From NCBI GenBank assembly GCA_963665665.1, contig OY762428.1, positions 864,001-928,000 on the forward strand: 64,000 nt of DNA. Reading direction: 5' to 3'. Both the position numbers and the translations under genes were made by a program. How positions within the stretch are numbered: position 1 is the first letter of the stretch; every line of letters begins with the position of its first letter. Below the pieces are notes generated by a model. It ran no database searches. It had not been told where the DNA came from and worked only from the letters and a program-made list of their open reading frames with translations. Below, one piece after another: positions 9,870 through 19,474 of this stretch. Source of the DNA: Candidatus Kapaibacterium sp. GTDB taxonomy: Bacteria > Bacteroidota > Ignavibacteria > Kapaibacteriales > UBA2268.

Positions 9870-9895
9870 ATACACCTATGTCCCGAAATGGTTCA
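9870..9895 (-). promoter_or_regulatory. Candidate ECF-type promoter for the 9829-7497 operon
   Basis: Minus strand reads TGAACC-atttcgggacatag-GTGTAT, with the AAC (-35) and GT (-10) cores typical of ECF promoters, about 40 bp upstream of an operon that encodes an ECF sigma. Confidence 0.4.
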
Positions 9896-10215
9896 ATCAT
9901 AATAAAAATACTTAAAACATTACAGGCCGGGTATCTGGAAATAATTTATTAAATATCTGTTTTATAAATATTTAATAATTTTATACAAGCTTTGAAAATT
10001 TTAGTTTCCTAAACATAGATTTTGTAAAATATTACAATATAGTTATATTGCATCTTTCGTGGGCGGGAATTAGATCAAGCAGTTAATTTTTGATATGCAG
10101 CCAATAATAATTGACCTTAATTAAATAAATTTAATATTTGTTTCATATTATTGTAACATTAATGTGTTGAATGTGTAGTTATAATAAGGATGAAAAAATT
10201 AAAGGTGACAGGAAT

Positions 10216-10968
10216 ATGTCTGAAAAAAATATAATACATTATAGCGGTTCGGTTGCCAAGTGGTACGATTTTCTTCTGACAGACCAGCGTGAAGATATAG
10301 AATTTTTGAAAACACTGATAAATACTAATGACGGCCCCGTTCTTGATATTGGCTGTGGAACCGGAAGGCTTATGCTTCCACTGGCCAGGCAGGGCGTTGA
10401 AATAGACGGATTAGATGCTTCGAATGATATGCTGAAGATATGCAGGGAAAAATTTAATAAAGAAGGGCTGAAAACAACTCTTTACACAAAGAAGTTCCAG
10501 TCATTTGATACAGAAAAAAAATACAAAACAATATATTGTGCCGGAAATATTCAGTTTATTGACAGTTTTTTCCAAACACTTATGGCACTTCAAAACATTC
10601 ATTCCTCACTTCAAAAAGATGGTAAGTTGATTATCATCATGTCTTTTGTTATGCCTGTATGTGAACCTTCCGACAGGGGAATATGGAAAGTAGGGAAAAC
10701 TTTTCAGGATGATAGCTACAAAGTTATTTACTATCATAACTGTGAAATTGATGAATTTGAACAATTAGTGATCACCAGGAACCGCTACGAGATTTTCGAG
10801 AATGATACAAAAATCGAGACGATTAAAAATGAGAGTGTAATGCGCTGGTACGGACGTTATGAATTCCTGTTGATGCTGGAAAAGAGTGGTTTCAAAAACA
10901 TATCAATTACCAACGAAGATATTTTTAATACCGGAACACCCACAAGGATATATACTGCCTACAAGTAG
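10216..10968 (+). CDS. Class I SAM-dependent methyltransferase
   Basis: Motif I VLDIGCGTGR and GLDASNDML; likely start MSEKN at 10216 (the ORF track extends to 10171). Confidence 0.9.
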   Translation: MSEKNIIHYSGSVAKWYDFLLTDQREDIEFLKTLINTNDGPVLDIGCGTGRLMLPLARQGVEIDGLDASNDMLKICREKFNKEGLKTTLYTKKFQSFDTEKKYKTIYCAGNIQFIDSFFQTLMALQNIHSSLQKDGKLIIIMSFVMPVCEPSDRGIWKVGKTFQDDSYKVIYYHNCEIDEFEQLVITRNRYEIFENDTKIETIKNESVMRWYGRYEFLLMLEKSGFKNISITNEDIFNTGTPTRIYTAYK

Positions 10969-11010
10969 AATTTCCGGATAATAAAAGATTTATCAGCATT
11001 TCTAACAATT

Positions 11011-11039
11011 AAAAACGGCCCGCCATTCGGCGGGCCGTT
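11011..11039 (-). terminator. Intrinsic terminator between convergent genes
   Basis: Stem AACGGCCCGCC / GGCGGGCCGTT with a 4-nt loop; A-run on the left gives a U-tail on the minus strand. Confidence 0.8.
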
Positions 11040-11064
11040 CATTTGATCCGGTTAGCAAGTATGA

Positions 11065-14000
11065 TTACTTGTTAACAATAATTTTATCTGTGATAACTTC
11101 CGAACCGATCTGAATTCTTACAAGGTAAGATCCGCTTGAAAGGTTATCAAGATCAATAGTCTCGTGTAGCTGGCTGCCGTTAACTTCAAATGAAGAGGAA
11201 ATTACAGCTTCGCCCATAACATTGATAATTTCAACATTAACTTTTCCTGAGAAATCTACTGCTATGTTCAGTTTTACCTTATCCTGTGCAGGATTCGGGT
11301 AAAGGCTGATACCACTGATGGCATCTTCAACACCCGTCATATCAACATAAAGTTCGTCTGATTCTTTTGAACAACCAAAAGTATTAGTTACAACAACGGT
11401 ATAGTTCCCTGTTTCGGTCGGTATATGAGTATCGGTAGTTGCGCCTGTAATTGCATTTCCGTCAAGATACCATTGAATGTCGCCAGCAGCTGTTGTTTTC
11501 AGGTCGTCAAGGTCATCAAGAACGATACCTGGTTTTTCAGGAGCAGGATTAACAACTATTGTTGCCTGGGCTGTTCCTTCACATCCGCCTTCATTAGCAT
11601 AAGTATAAGTAATTGTATGAGTACCTACTCCTGCTACAGAAGGATCGAACTTATTGTTCTCGGAAACACCGTCACCGGTATAATTACCATTTGCAGGTGT
11701 ACCGTTAAGATTAATAGCCTCTTCGTTTTCACAAATTTCGCTTATCATTGTGAATTCAACAGTCGGTTCCGGATAGACTTCAACTTCAAATTCATTCAGT
11801 GATGAACAACCTGTAATTGTGTGAACCTGCTCAAGGGCAACTTTTGCTGTGCCTGTTGTAGTCCAGTCGATTGTTACAGATGAACCATTAGCACTGCCGC
11901 TAATAGCACCGCCGGATACCGTCCATGTATTAGTATAATCTGATGACGGGTCAGTATCAAACGTACTTGCAGACGAAATGCAAACTTTGTTATCGCCATT
12001 AATATCTGCATTAGGAGCAGCAACAACTGTCAGGTCTTTATTTCCTGATTTATTATATCCTGATTCCGTGTTTACAACTGCGATTTCAATTGAAGCACTG
12101 CCCGGAGTATTCCAGATAACGTCAACAGATTTACCATCGTTTGTGCCCTGAATAGTACCGCCGGTTGCAGTCCATTCGTAATCAGCTTCAATATCAAGGT
12201 CAGTTGAATATGTATAAGATTTACCAACACAAACATTTTCGTCACCTGCAATCGAAGGAGCAGGAGCTTTAAGGATGATAACATCTTTGCTTATTTCAGC
12301 TTCGGCATCAGAACCTGTATAGCGCTGTTTCAGGGTTAATTTACCGGATTTTTCGTCAACGTCCCAAACAACTCTTACTTCGTATTTATCATTATCACCA
12401 AGAATAGTTCCGTTTTCGATTGTCCATTCACTGCTAATGTCATCAGAATTGAGTGTCCTGTAAACATATACAACTTCAGACCATACGCTGCCTTCACCAT
12501 AGATTATCGGCCTTGGAACGGCTTCAATATCAATATCCATTGAACTTGAAAATTCACAGCCTGTAATAGTATTGCGTTTCCACAACCTCACTTCGCCGGA
12601 CTGTGAAGAAGAACCCCACCTTACTTTGATAAGGTTTCCTGTGTATTCGTTTCCAAGTATAGTACCACCGTCAACCTCCCACCTGATTTCCATGTCGTCT
12701 TCAATTTTTGTTGTGTATTCAAATTTCTGATTACTGAAAACAAGGTTATCGCCGGTAATTTTAACATCCGGAAGAGGTAAAATATTTATATTGATATAAG
12801 TTTCCGTTTCGCAACCATAAATATCTTCTTCTTTCACAGAAACTCGTCCGGAAGACTCTCTTGACCAGTCCACTTTAATTGTATTAGTATTCTGTCCATC
12901 AACAATATCGCCGCCGGATACCGTCCATACATAGCTGTTTCCTGAAACGTATTCCGTTGAATATTCAACCTCTTCGTCAAGGGCGCAAACAACTGTTTCA
13001 CCCATTACATCCGGAACAGGATGAGCATGGATTTCAACTGTATAAGTATCTTCAATATAACATTCGTCAAGGCCTGTTACGTTTTCACGAACTGTTATAC
13101 GGCCAACACCGGAATTGTCCCAGTTTACAGTTATAGCGTTTGAATTCTGTCCGCTGACAATATTTCCACCATCAACTATCCAGCTATAGCTATGGCCACC
13201 AACACTGTTTGTCTGGTATCTTACTGAATTTTCGTAAGCACAAACATCAATTTTACCGGAAATTTCCGGAGTGGGAAGAGCCATTATTTCTACGTCAAAA
13301 TCATCTGAACCAAAGCATCCGAGTTCTGATGTTTCTGTAACTTCAAGATAACCTTCGCCGACATTTTGCCATTCAACTTCAATTCGACCTGTTCCCTGTC
13401 CTGACTGAATTATGCCATTTGTCACTGTCCAGCGGTAATCGTTGCGATTATCAGTTACCCAATATTCATGAGTTCTGTCATTAACACAAAGCCTTGTTGT
13501 CCCTTCAATCCTCGGTGCGGGATTGTCTTCTATCATAACTGTAAAATCAGTAACATTTTCACAGTCATTTTCGTTTGTTTCAGTTAATTCAAGCAACCCT
13601 TCTTCAGCACCTGTTTCCCAGACAACGACTATTTCATTTGTCCCCTGGCCACTTGTAATATCACCGCCACTTATATACCAGTCATATTCATTGCCTTCAA
13701 CCAATTCAGTTGAATAGCTTGCATTTACTTCGGCACATACTTCACCCGGACCATTTATTCTTGGAGCAGGAATATCAACAACCTCAACTGCAAAAATATC
13801 ATCGAACATACAGCCGTCGTTTACTTCCATTACTGATATTTCTGCCTCGCCAATACTACTGAAGCTAACTGTTATCTCTTCGCTACCCTGGCCGTTTGTA
13901 ATTTCGCCGCCTTCAACAGACCATGTAAAAGAACTGCCTGAATTTGCAACGGTTGAAAATGTATAAGTTTCATTCAAACATGCCAATTCATCACCGCGAA

Positions 14001-15399
14001 TTTCCGGTTTGAAGCCGTTCACAGTAATTTCTTTTCTGAATGTTTCCGAGCATCCCGTTGGGCAGGTTACTTGTAATGTAACTGTGCCGGAGCCACGAGT
14101 TGTCCACAGCACTCCAAAAGTATTTGAAGTATTGTCTTCATTTATAGGTGTTCCGTTTTCAACTGACCATGTATAGGAAACTGATTCTTCAGATACATAG
14201 GCCGAATATACTGTTTCATTATCAAGGCAAATTTCTTCAGTTCCATGAATTTCTGCTATTGGCAATGGATTAACTACAACAGTTATTGTATTGCTGGATT
14301 GGCATCCGTTGCCATCAGTAACTGTTAATATATAATTCGTTGTCTCTGTTGGGTTAGCTGTCGGCGACATTGCTGTTGAATTATCAAGCCCGTCAATTGG
14401 TAACCATGAATAAGTATATTCGCCAGTTCCGCCGTTAACTGCAGGATTCAGCCTGGTTTCGGATCCGATACATATCTCTGTACTTTCATTCCCGAATGTA
14501 ATAGCAGGAATATCCAGAACTACAGTAGTAAATTCGTCGCTTGATTCGCATCCGTATTCACTTGTTTCCATAACATTTACTGTATATGTACCTGAACTTG
14601 CAATTGTAAGGTCAAACTCGGAATTGCTGTTTGTGGTAAGAGTTTCGCCGTTAAGCGCAACTTCCCATGAGTATGAGCTGCCTTCATTGGCATCTGTAGA
14701 ATATGTAATTGTCGAGCCAATACAAGCTGTCTGACTACCGTCAATTTCCGGTACAGGCAAAGGATGTACAGTTACTGTAACATCATCAGAAAGCTCACAG
14801 CCTGTATTATTGTCAGTAACAGTCAAAGTATAAACTGTTGTTTCAGTGGGGCTGACAGTAGGTTTCACAGTTGTATTCTGAGCAGCCAGGCCGGAATCAT
14901 AAGGTTCCGATGTCCATAAATAGCTATAATTCCCGGATCCGTTGTATACAGGATTATCAACACCTATAACAATTGACTCGTCATAGCAGATTTCTCCATC
15001 AGGAGCGTCAGAAATATTAAGACTATAAATTGTAAAAGGATTACTTGAAGATGTATTGCTTTCAGGATCAGAAGCATGAACCCTAACCCTGTATGCCAAT
15101 GCTGTTGTACTTGATTCGGGGATTGTTACATCAATCGAATAATTTCCTGTTGCATAGGCTTCAAGGGAAGCATCAAGTGTGGCAGGTGATGAAAAATCAC
15201 CATCTTCATCAGAAAGCTGTACCGTAAAAATATTATCGGTTGAAAATGAGCTTGAAACTGTAAAATTCACGCTGAAATTACTTCCTGCACAAGCAGAATT
15301 CGATGTTAAATCTCCTATTTCGAATACCTGGGCATTAAGGTTAAATCCCAGAATAATCAGAAAAACCAAACTATATAAAAGAGTTTTCATTATTTTCAT
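11065..15399 (-). CDS. Large secreted Ig-like/PKD-like repeat protein with T9SS type A sorting domain
   Basis: Signal peptide; many ~80-aa repeats of form I.G...VC......Y.W.V.GG.I..GQG...I.V.W; C-terminus LYPNPA...GSYLVRI...KIIVNK. Confidence 0.9.
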   Translation of the reverse strand: MKIMKTLLYSLVFLIILGFNLNAQVFEIGDLTSNSACAGSNFSVNFTVSSSFSTDNIFTVQLSDEDGDFSSPATLDASLEAYATGNYSIDVTIPESSTTALAYRVRVHASDPESNTSSSNPFTIYSLNISDAPDGEICYDESIVIGVDNPVYNGSGNYSYLWTSEPYDSGLAAQNTTVKPTVSPTETTVYTLTVTDNNTGCELSDDVTVTVHPLPVPEIDGSQTACIGSTITYSTDANEGSSYSWEVALNGETLTTNSNSEFDLTIASSGTYTVNVMETSEYGCESSDEFTTVVLDIPAITFGNESTEICIGSETRLNPAVNGGTGEYTYSWLPIDGLDNSTAMSPTANPTETTNYILTVTDGNGCQSSNTITVVVNPLPIAEIHGTEEICLDNETVYSAYVSEESVSYTWSVENGTPINEDNTSNTFGVLWTTRGSGTVTLQVTCPTGCSETFRKEITVNGFKPEIRGDELACLNETYTFSTVANSGSSFTWSVEGGEITNGQGSEEITVSFSSIGEAEISVMEVNDGCMFDDIFAVEVVDIPAPRINGPGEVCAEVNASYSTELVEGNEYDWYISGGDITSGQGTNEIVVVWETGAEEGLLELTETNENDCENVTDFTVMIEDNPAPRIEGTTRLCVNDRTHEYWVTDNRNDYRWTVTNGIIQSGQGTGRIEVEWQNVGEGYLEVTETSELGCFGSDDFDVEIMALPTPEISGKIDVCAYENSVRYQTNSVGGHSYSWIVDGGNIVSGQNSNAITVNWDNSGVGRITVRENVTGLDECYIEDTYTVEIHAHPVPDVMGETVVCALDEEVEYSTEYVSGNSYVWTVSGGDIVDGQNTNTIKVDWSRESSGRVSVKEEDIYGCETETYININILPLPDVKITGDNLVFSNQKFEYTTKIEDDMEIRWEVDGGTILGNEYTGNLIKVRWGSSSQSGEVRLWKRNTITGCEFSSSMDIDIEAVPRPIIYGEGSVWSEVVYVYRTLNSDDISSEWTIENGTILGDNDKYEVRVVWDVDEKSGKLTLKQRYTGSDAEAEISKDVIILKAPAPSIAGDENVCVGKSYTYSTDLDIEADYEWTATGGTIQGTNDGKSVDVIWNTPGSASIEIAVVNTESGYNKSGNKDLTVVAAPNADINGDNKVCISSASTFDTDPSSDYTNTWTVSGGAISGSANGSSVTIDWTTTGTAKVALEQVHTITGCSSLNEFEVEVYPEPTVEFTMISEICENEEAINLNGTPANGNYTGDGVSENNKFDPSVAGVGTHTITYTYANEGGCEGTAQATIVVNPAPEKPGIVLDDLDDLKTTAAGDIQWYLDGNAITGATTDTHIPTETGNYTVVVTNTFGCSKESDELYVDMTGVEDAISGISLYPNPAQDKVKLNIAVDFSGKVNVEIINVMGEAVISSSFEVNGSQLHETIDLDNLSSGSYLVRIQIGSEVITDKIIVNK

Positions 15400-16164
15400 T
15401 CTCCATGGTGATCAAATGAACTTCAGGGTATAAGAATCCCTGTGTGAAATAATCACATTTTTAAGGAATAGCTTTTATTTCTACTCCAATTTAGTTAAAT
15501 TATAAGCTAAGCGTTTAAGTTAGCGGCGCCGAAGGCCTGCCCGAGGCGCTGCTTCAATTCTGACCCGATTTTATCAAGTCGTTCGTCGTTCTTTTGTCTA
15601 TCCTGAATTAACAGGAAAAAATATTTCAATTCCAGGTTTTTTGCTTTATCACTCCCCTATATTTATGAATAAATATATACATATCAACTGCCAGACAAAT
15701 TTTTATAAATTTGAACCAAGCAGTAATTTTTCAATTTGTTTTGTTTGGGGAAACGGCTGATACTGAAAAGTTACTATATAAAATATGTTATTATTTTCCT
15801 TTTGCTTATTATATATGCCCAAAAGCCAAAATCGTTATCCTAATCTTCACTCACGTTAAATACACCCTAAGAACATTTCTGTTAACAAAAAGTCACGGAT
15901 TTTTTTTATTTTTTTTCAAATTGATTGATTAAGTGTTGTCCCATAGTCTCCAAAAGCAAGTTAAATCTTTTTAAGTTTACAAACAAACAATTTTTTAAAA
16001 CTAAATGAAAAAATTATAATCATACTTTCTAATCAGCTTCCTACTGTTCAAAATGTATTTAAAAATAGAAATCCACCACAAACGGCGTTGACTTAACTGC
16101 CGCTTCAGAGCCCCATAATTCAGCTTTTATATAAGACAATCCATTAACAATAGAATTTGAGTAT

Positions 16165-16190
16165 AAAAAAAGCCTCGTAAAAAACGAGGC
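16165..16190 (-). terminator. Intrinsic terminator downstream of the S24 peptidase gene
   Basis: GCCTCGT / ACGAGGC stem preceded by an A7 run (U-tail on the minus strand). Confidence 0.7.
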
Positions 16191-16231
16191 CGGACAAAGA
16201 AAATATAATATCAAGCAGAGAGAGAATTCAA

Positions 16232-16714
16232 CTAAACTGTTTTAATAATTGAAACAACAACACCCCATATCATTACATTGTCGTCACTATTTACCGAAAT
16301 CACATCATATTCAGGATTTTCTGGATGAAAACTGATTTTTCCGTTGTTATACCTTACTTTTTTTACTGTTAGCCGTGAATTAATTTCTGCAACAACAATC
16401 CGCCCGTCAGAAGGTTCTTCCGATTTATCAACAATAAGAATATTGCCATCAGATATTCCGGCATTTTTCATCGAATCACCTGAAACTCTCATGAAAAAAG
16501 TATTTTCCGGATTATCAATAACAAGGTTATTAATATCAACTACCTGCTCTGCGTGAGTTTTTTTTCTTTTATTTCTTCCGAAAAGCGGATCCAGAAACAA
16601 AGGCAGCGATAGTTGCGGGCTTATTAAATAGTCATAACTTTCACCAGCATTCTTCAGAATATTGTGGCTGTTTTCTCTTGGCCTGCCCATTCCTAATTTG
16701 GCTCTCAATGCCAT
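16232..16714 (-). CDS. UmuD-like S24 family peptidase (no HTH, no adjacent umuC)
   Basis: DINNLVIDNPENTFFMRVSGDSM (catalytic Ser), LTVKK (catalytic Lys), PENPEY and IWGVV match the UmuD C-terminal domain. Confidence 0.85.
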   Translation of the reverse strand: MALRAKLGMGRPRENSHNILKNAGESYDYLISPQLSLPLFLDPLFGRNKRKKTHAEQVVDINNLVIDNPENTFFMRVSGDSMKNAGISDGNILIVDKSEEPSDGRIVVAEINSRLTVKKVRYNNGKISFHPENPEYDVISVNSDDNVMIWGVVVSIIKTV

Positions 16715-16899
16715 TTTTTCACCTTAATTAGTAACTAATATTCTTTTGATTGAAAACTATCATATATCGTGCCACAAATCCCGCAGTACCCTGCTAAAAA
16801 AAATTCCTATTCTTTTTGAAAAAGGAGTGTTGGTTTTTGACCGGATTTTTCTTATAATAAGAATGTTGAAAAATTAAAAATGATCACTCATCCGGCGGA

Positions 16900-19392
16900 A
16901 TGATGCAGGAACAAAAAGGGGATTCGAAGAATAGATCAAGGTCAGCCAGGTTAAACAATTCGATTAAATCAAGGTCGGCTTCGGGTTTGGAAGAGTTTTT
17001 GGAAACAGCTGATTTTCAGAATCTGATAAACACCATCCCTGAAATGATAATCCTATATGATAACAATCAAGAAATTATTTGGTTGAATGCTGCTGCAATT
17101 GCAAAATCAGAGCTATTGCCAGAGCAAATTGTCGGCAAACAATGCAGCAATATTTTCAAAGAATGCGATACTATTTGCGATGATTGCCCTGTGGAAAAAT
17201 GTTTTAAAACCGGAAAAGTTGAAGAAAAGAAAATCCATATACCCGGTGGATCAATTTATCTTATTAAAGCTATTCCGATTGTTGGCATAAGAGAAGATGT
17301 AAAATTTGTTCTTGAATCTGCCAGGGATATAACAGAAGAATTCAATATTAAAAACGACCTGGTTGAAAATAAAGAAACACTATCTGCAATGTTTGAATAC
17401 CATGGATCAATTATGTATATGGTCGATCCGGAAACATTTCAAATTTTGGATGCCAATAAAGCTGCTGAGGATTTTTATGGCTATACAAAGTACGAACTCA
17501 AACAAATGAAAACTTTCGACCTGAATATGATGTCCGAAGAAGAAGTCAGGTCAGAAATTAAAAAAGCTGAATCAGAGAACAGGGAATCTTATTTTTTACA
17601 GCATAAAATTGCTAACGGTGAGATAAAAGATGTTGAATTATGTTCAACTCCAATTATTATCCATAATTCCAGAAAAGTATATTTTGTGATAGTCTATGAT
17701 ATTAGTAATCGCACAAGATTACAAAAGCAATTAATTGACAATCAGCGGTTTCTGGAAGATGTTCTTGACTCAATCCAAAGCGGAATAGTTGTTCTGGATA
17801 AAAAATTGAAAGTTCTCAGAGTAAATTCTTATGCCAAAAAGTTATTTAAAATTGACAATAATCCGCTTGGCAGAATATGTTACGAAGCTTTGCTGAACAA
17901 TGATCATATTTGTGATAATTGCCCGAGTATTAAATCTCTGAACACAAGGCAGGCAAATACACTTGAAGCAAATTTTCCCAATTCAGATTATCCCGAGAAA
18001 TGCCTTGAAATGACTTCATACCCTGTATTTGACTCGAAAGGTGATCTAACCGGGGTTATAGAATATATCAAAGACATTACAAGTGTTAAACAAATTGAAG
18101 CAATAAACAACTCCTTATTTGAAATTTCAAATGCTGTTCTGCGTTCGAAAAATTTAAATGAACTATTGCCAAAAATTCATGACATATTAAGTAAAGTTCT
18201 TGATACAACAAATTTCTTCATAGCTCTTTACGATGAGAAAACTGATATTATCCGGTTCCCATATTTTATTGACCAAATGGATGAAAAATTTGAGATAATC
18301 AGCGCAAGCAAATCCGGCTCTTTTACATCCAAAGTAATCCAGACCGGAAAACCTTTTATAATAAAAAAACACGAGATAATCGAGATTTTAAAATCCCGGG
18401 GCGCAACTCAGTGGGGAACCATACCGGAAGTATGGCTCGGGGTTCCGCTTATGGATAAGAATAACGTCATCGGGGCTGTTGCCGTGCAGAATTATGATAA
18501 TCCGGAAATTTATAATAAAAACCATATTGCCCTGCTTGAATCTGTTTCTAACCAGATAGCAATTGCTATTGAAAGAAAAAAATATGAACAGGAAATTGTT
18601 GAACTAAATGCCGATCTTGAACGCAGGGTTTCAATAAGAACCACTCAGCTTGAAGAATCAAATAAAAAGCTGCAGGAATTGTTGCGAAACGAAAAAGAAC
18701 TAAACCAGCTGAAATCCAATTTTATTTCGATGGTATCGCATGAATATCGAACGCCACTGACAGTTATTCTAACATCTTCTTATATTATTGAAAAGCTTTT
18801 TGATAATGCTGATAAAAATAATTTCCTGAAGCAGGTTGGAAAAATCCAGTATTCGGTTTCTGCTATGACAAAGCTGCTTGAAGATGTTCTTATGTATGGT
18901 AAAACAGTCAGCGATGGCTTTAAAGCAAATAATTACCCGTTCGATATTATCAGCGCCACAAGAAGCATTATTTACGAAATAGAAATTCTTGACAAGAAAA
19001 AACATAAAATTGAACTGAACCATAATGATCCCAAAGTTGTTGTTAATACTGATCACAACCTATACCAGCAAATACTCAGCAGTATATTGATAAATGCTAC
19101 CAAGTTCTCCGACGAGGGAACCAAAGTAATTGTTAGTATTAACCAGTATGCAAATGATATGATAATAAAAATAAGGGATTTTGGTATCGGAATCAGGCCT
19201 GAGGACAGCAAACTGCTTTTTGAGCCTTTCCACAAGGGGCAGGGAGCAGCAATGATATCAGGTTCAGGGCTTGGCCTGTCGATTGCCAAAAAAGCTGCCG
19301 AAGCCCTTGATGCAAAAATTGAATTTGATTCAGTTCCGGGAGAAGGAACCGAATTTAAGCTAATAATTCCATTGATTGATAATCCGGAATAG
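16900..19392 (+). CDS. Cytoplasmic PAS-PAS-PAS-GAF sensor histidine kinase
   Basis: Three PAS/PAC units ending RDIT, YDIS, KDIT; GAF with WLGVPL...GAVAVQ; H-box SHEYRTPL; N, G1 (DFGIGI), F and G2 (GSGLGL) boxes. Confidence 0.92.
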   Translation: MMQEQKGDSKNRSRSARLNNSIKSRSASGLEEFLETADFQNLINTIPEMIILYDNNQEIIWLNAAAIAKSELLPEQIVGKQCSNIFKECDTICDDCPVEKCFKTGKVEEKKIHIPGGSIYLIKAIPIVGIREDVKFVLESARDITEEFNIKNDLVENKETLSAMFEYHGSIMYMVDPETFQILDANKAAEDFYGYTKYELKQMKTFDLNMMSEEEVRSEIKKAESENRESYFLQHKIANGEIKDVELCSTPIIIHNSRKVYFVIVYDISNRTRLQKQLIDNQRFLEDVLDSIQSGIVVLDKKLKVLRVNSYAKKLFKIDNNPLGRICYEALLNNDHICDNCPSIKSLNTRQANTLEANFPNSDYPEKCLEMTSYPVFDSKGDLTGVIEYIKDITSVKQIEAINNSLFEISNAVLRSKNLNELLPKIHDILSKVLDTTNFFIALYDEKTDIIRFPYFIDQMDEKFEIISASKSGSFTSKVIQTGKPFIIKKHEIIEILKSRGATQWGTIPEVWLGVPLMDKNNVIGAVAVQNYDNPEIYNKNHIALLESVSNQIAIAIERKKYEQEIVELNADLERRVSIRTTQLEESNKKLQELLRNEKELNQLKSNFISMVSHEYRTPLTVILTSSYIIEKLFDNADKNNFLKQVGKIQYSVSAMTKLLEDVLMYGKTVSDGFKANNYPFDIISATRSIIYEIEILDKKKHKIELNHNDPKVVVNTDHNLYQQILSSILINATKFSDEGTKVIVSINQYANDMIIKIRDFGIGIRPEDSKLLFEPFHKGQGAAMISGSGLGLSIAKKAAEALDAKIEFDSVPGEGTEFKLIIPLIDNPE

Positions 19393-19421
19393 GTTCAAAC
19401 AAAACAGATTACTTTGCTAAT

Positions 19422-19454
19422 AAAAAAAATCCTGAATATAAAAATTCAGGATTT
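19422..19454. terminator. Hairpin / probable terminator between convergent genes
   Basis: AAATCCTGAAT / ATTCAGGATTT inverted repeat next to an A-run. Confidence 0.6.
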
Positions 19455-19474
19455 CAATAAAAAAAACAATTGGA

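Noticed and set aside
15443-15457. TGTGA-N5-TCACA as a CRP or Rex site
   Set aside because: Spacing is one base short of the CRP consensus (N6) and does not fit the 18-bp Rex box, so no regulator can be assigned.
15545-15570. Resemblance to SRP (4.5S) RNA: minus strand GGGTCAG...GAAGCAGC
   Set aside because: The conserved CCGGAAGG tetraloop hairpin between these segments is missing and there is no long enclosing helix.
16232-16714. Calling the S24 protein LexA
   Set aside because: No N-terminal winged-helix DNA-binding domain; the sequence follows the UmuD pattern.
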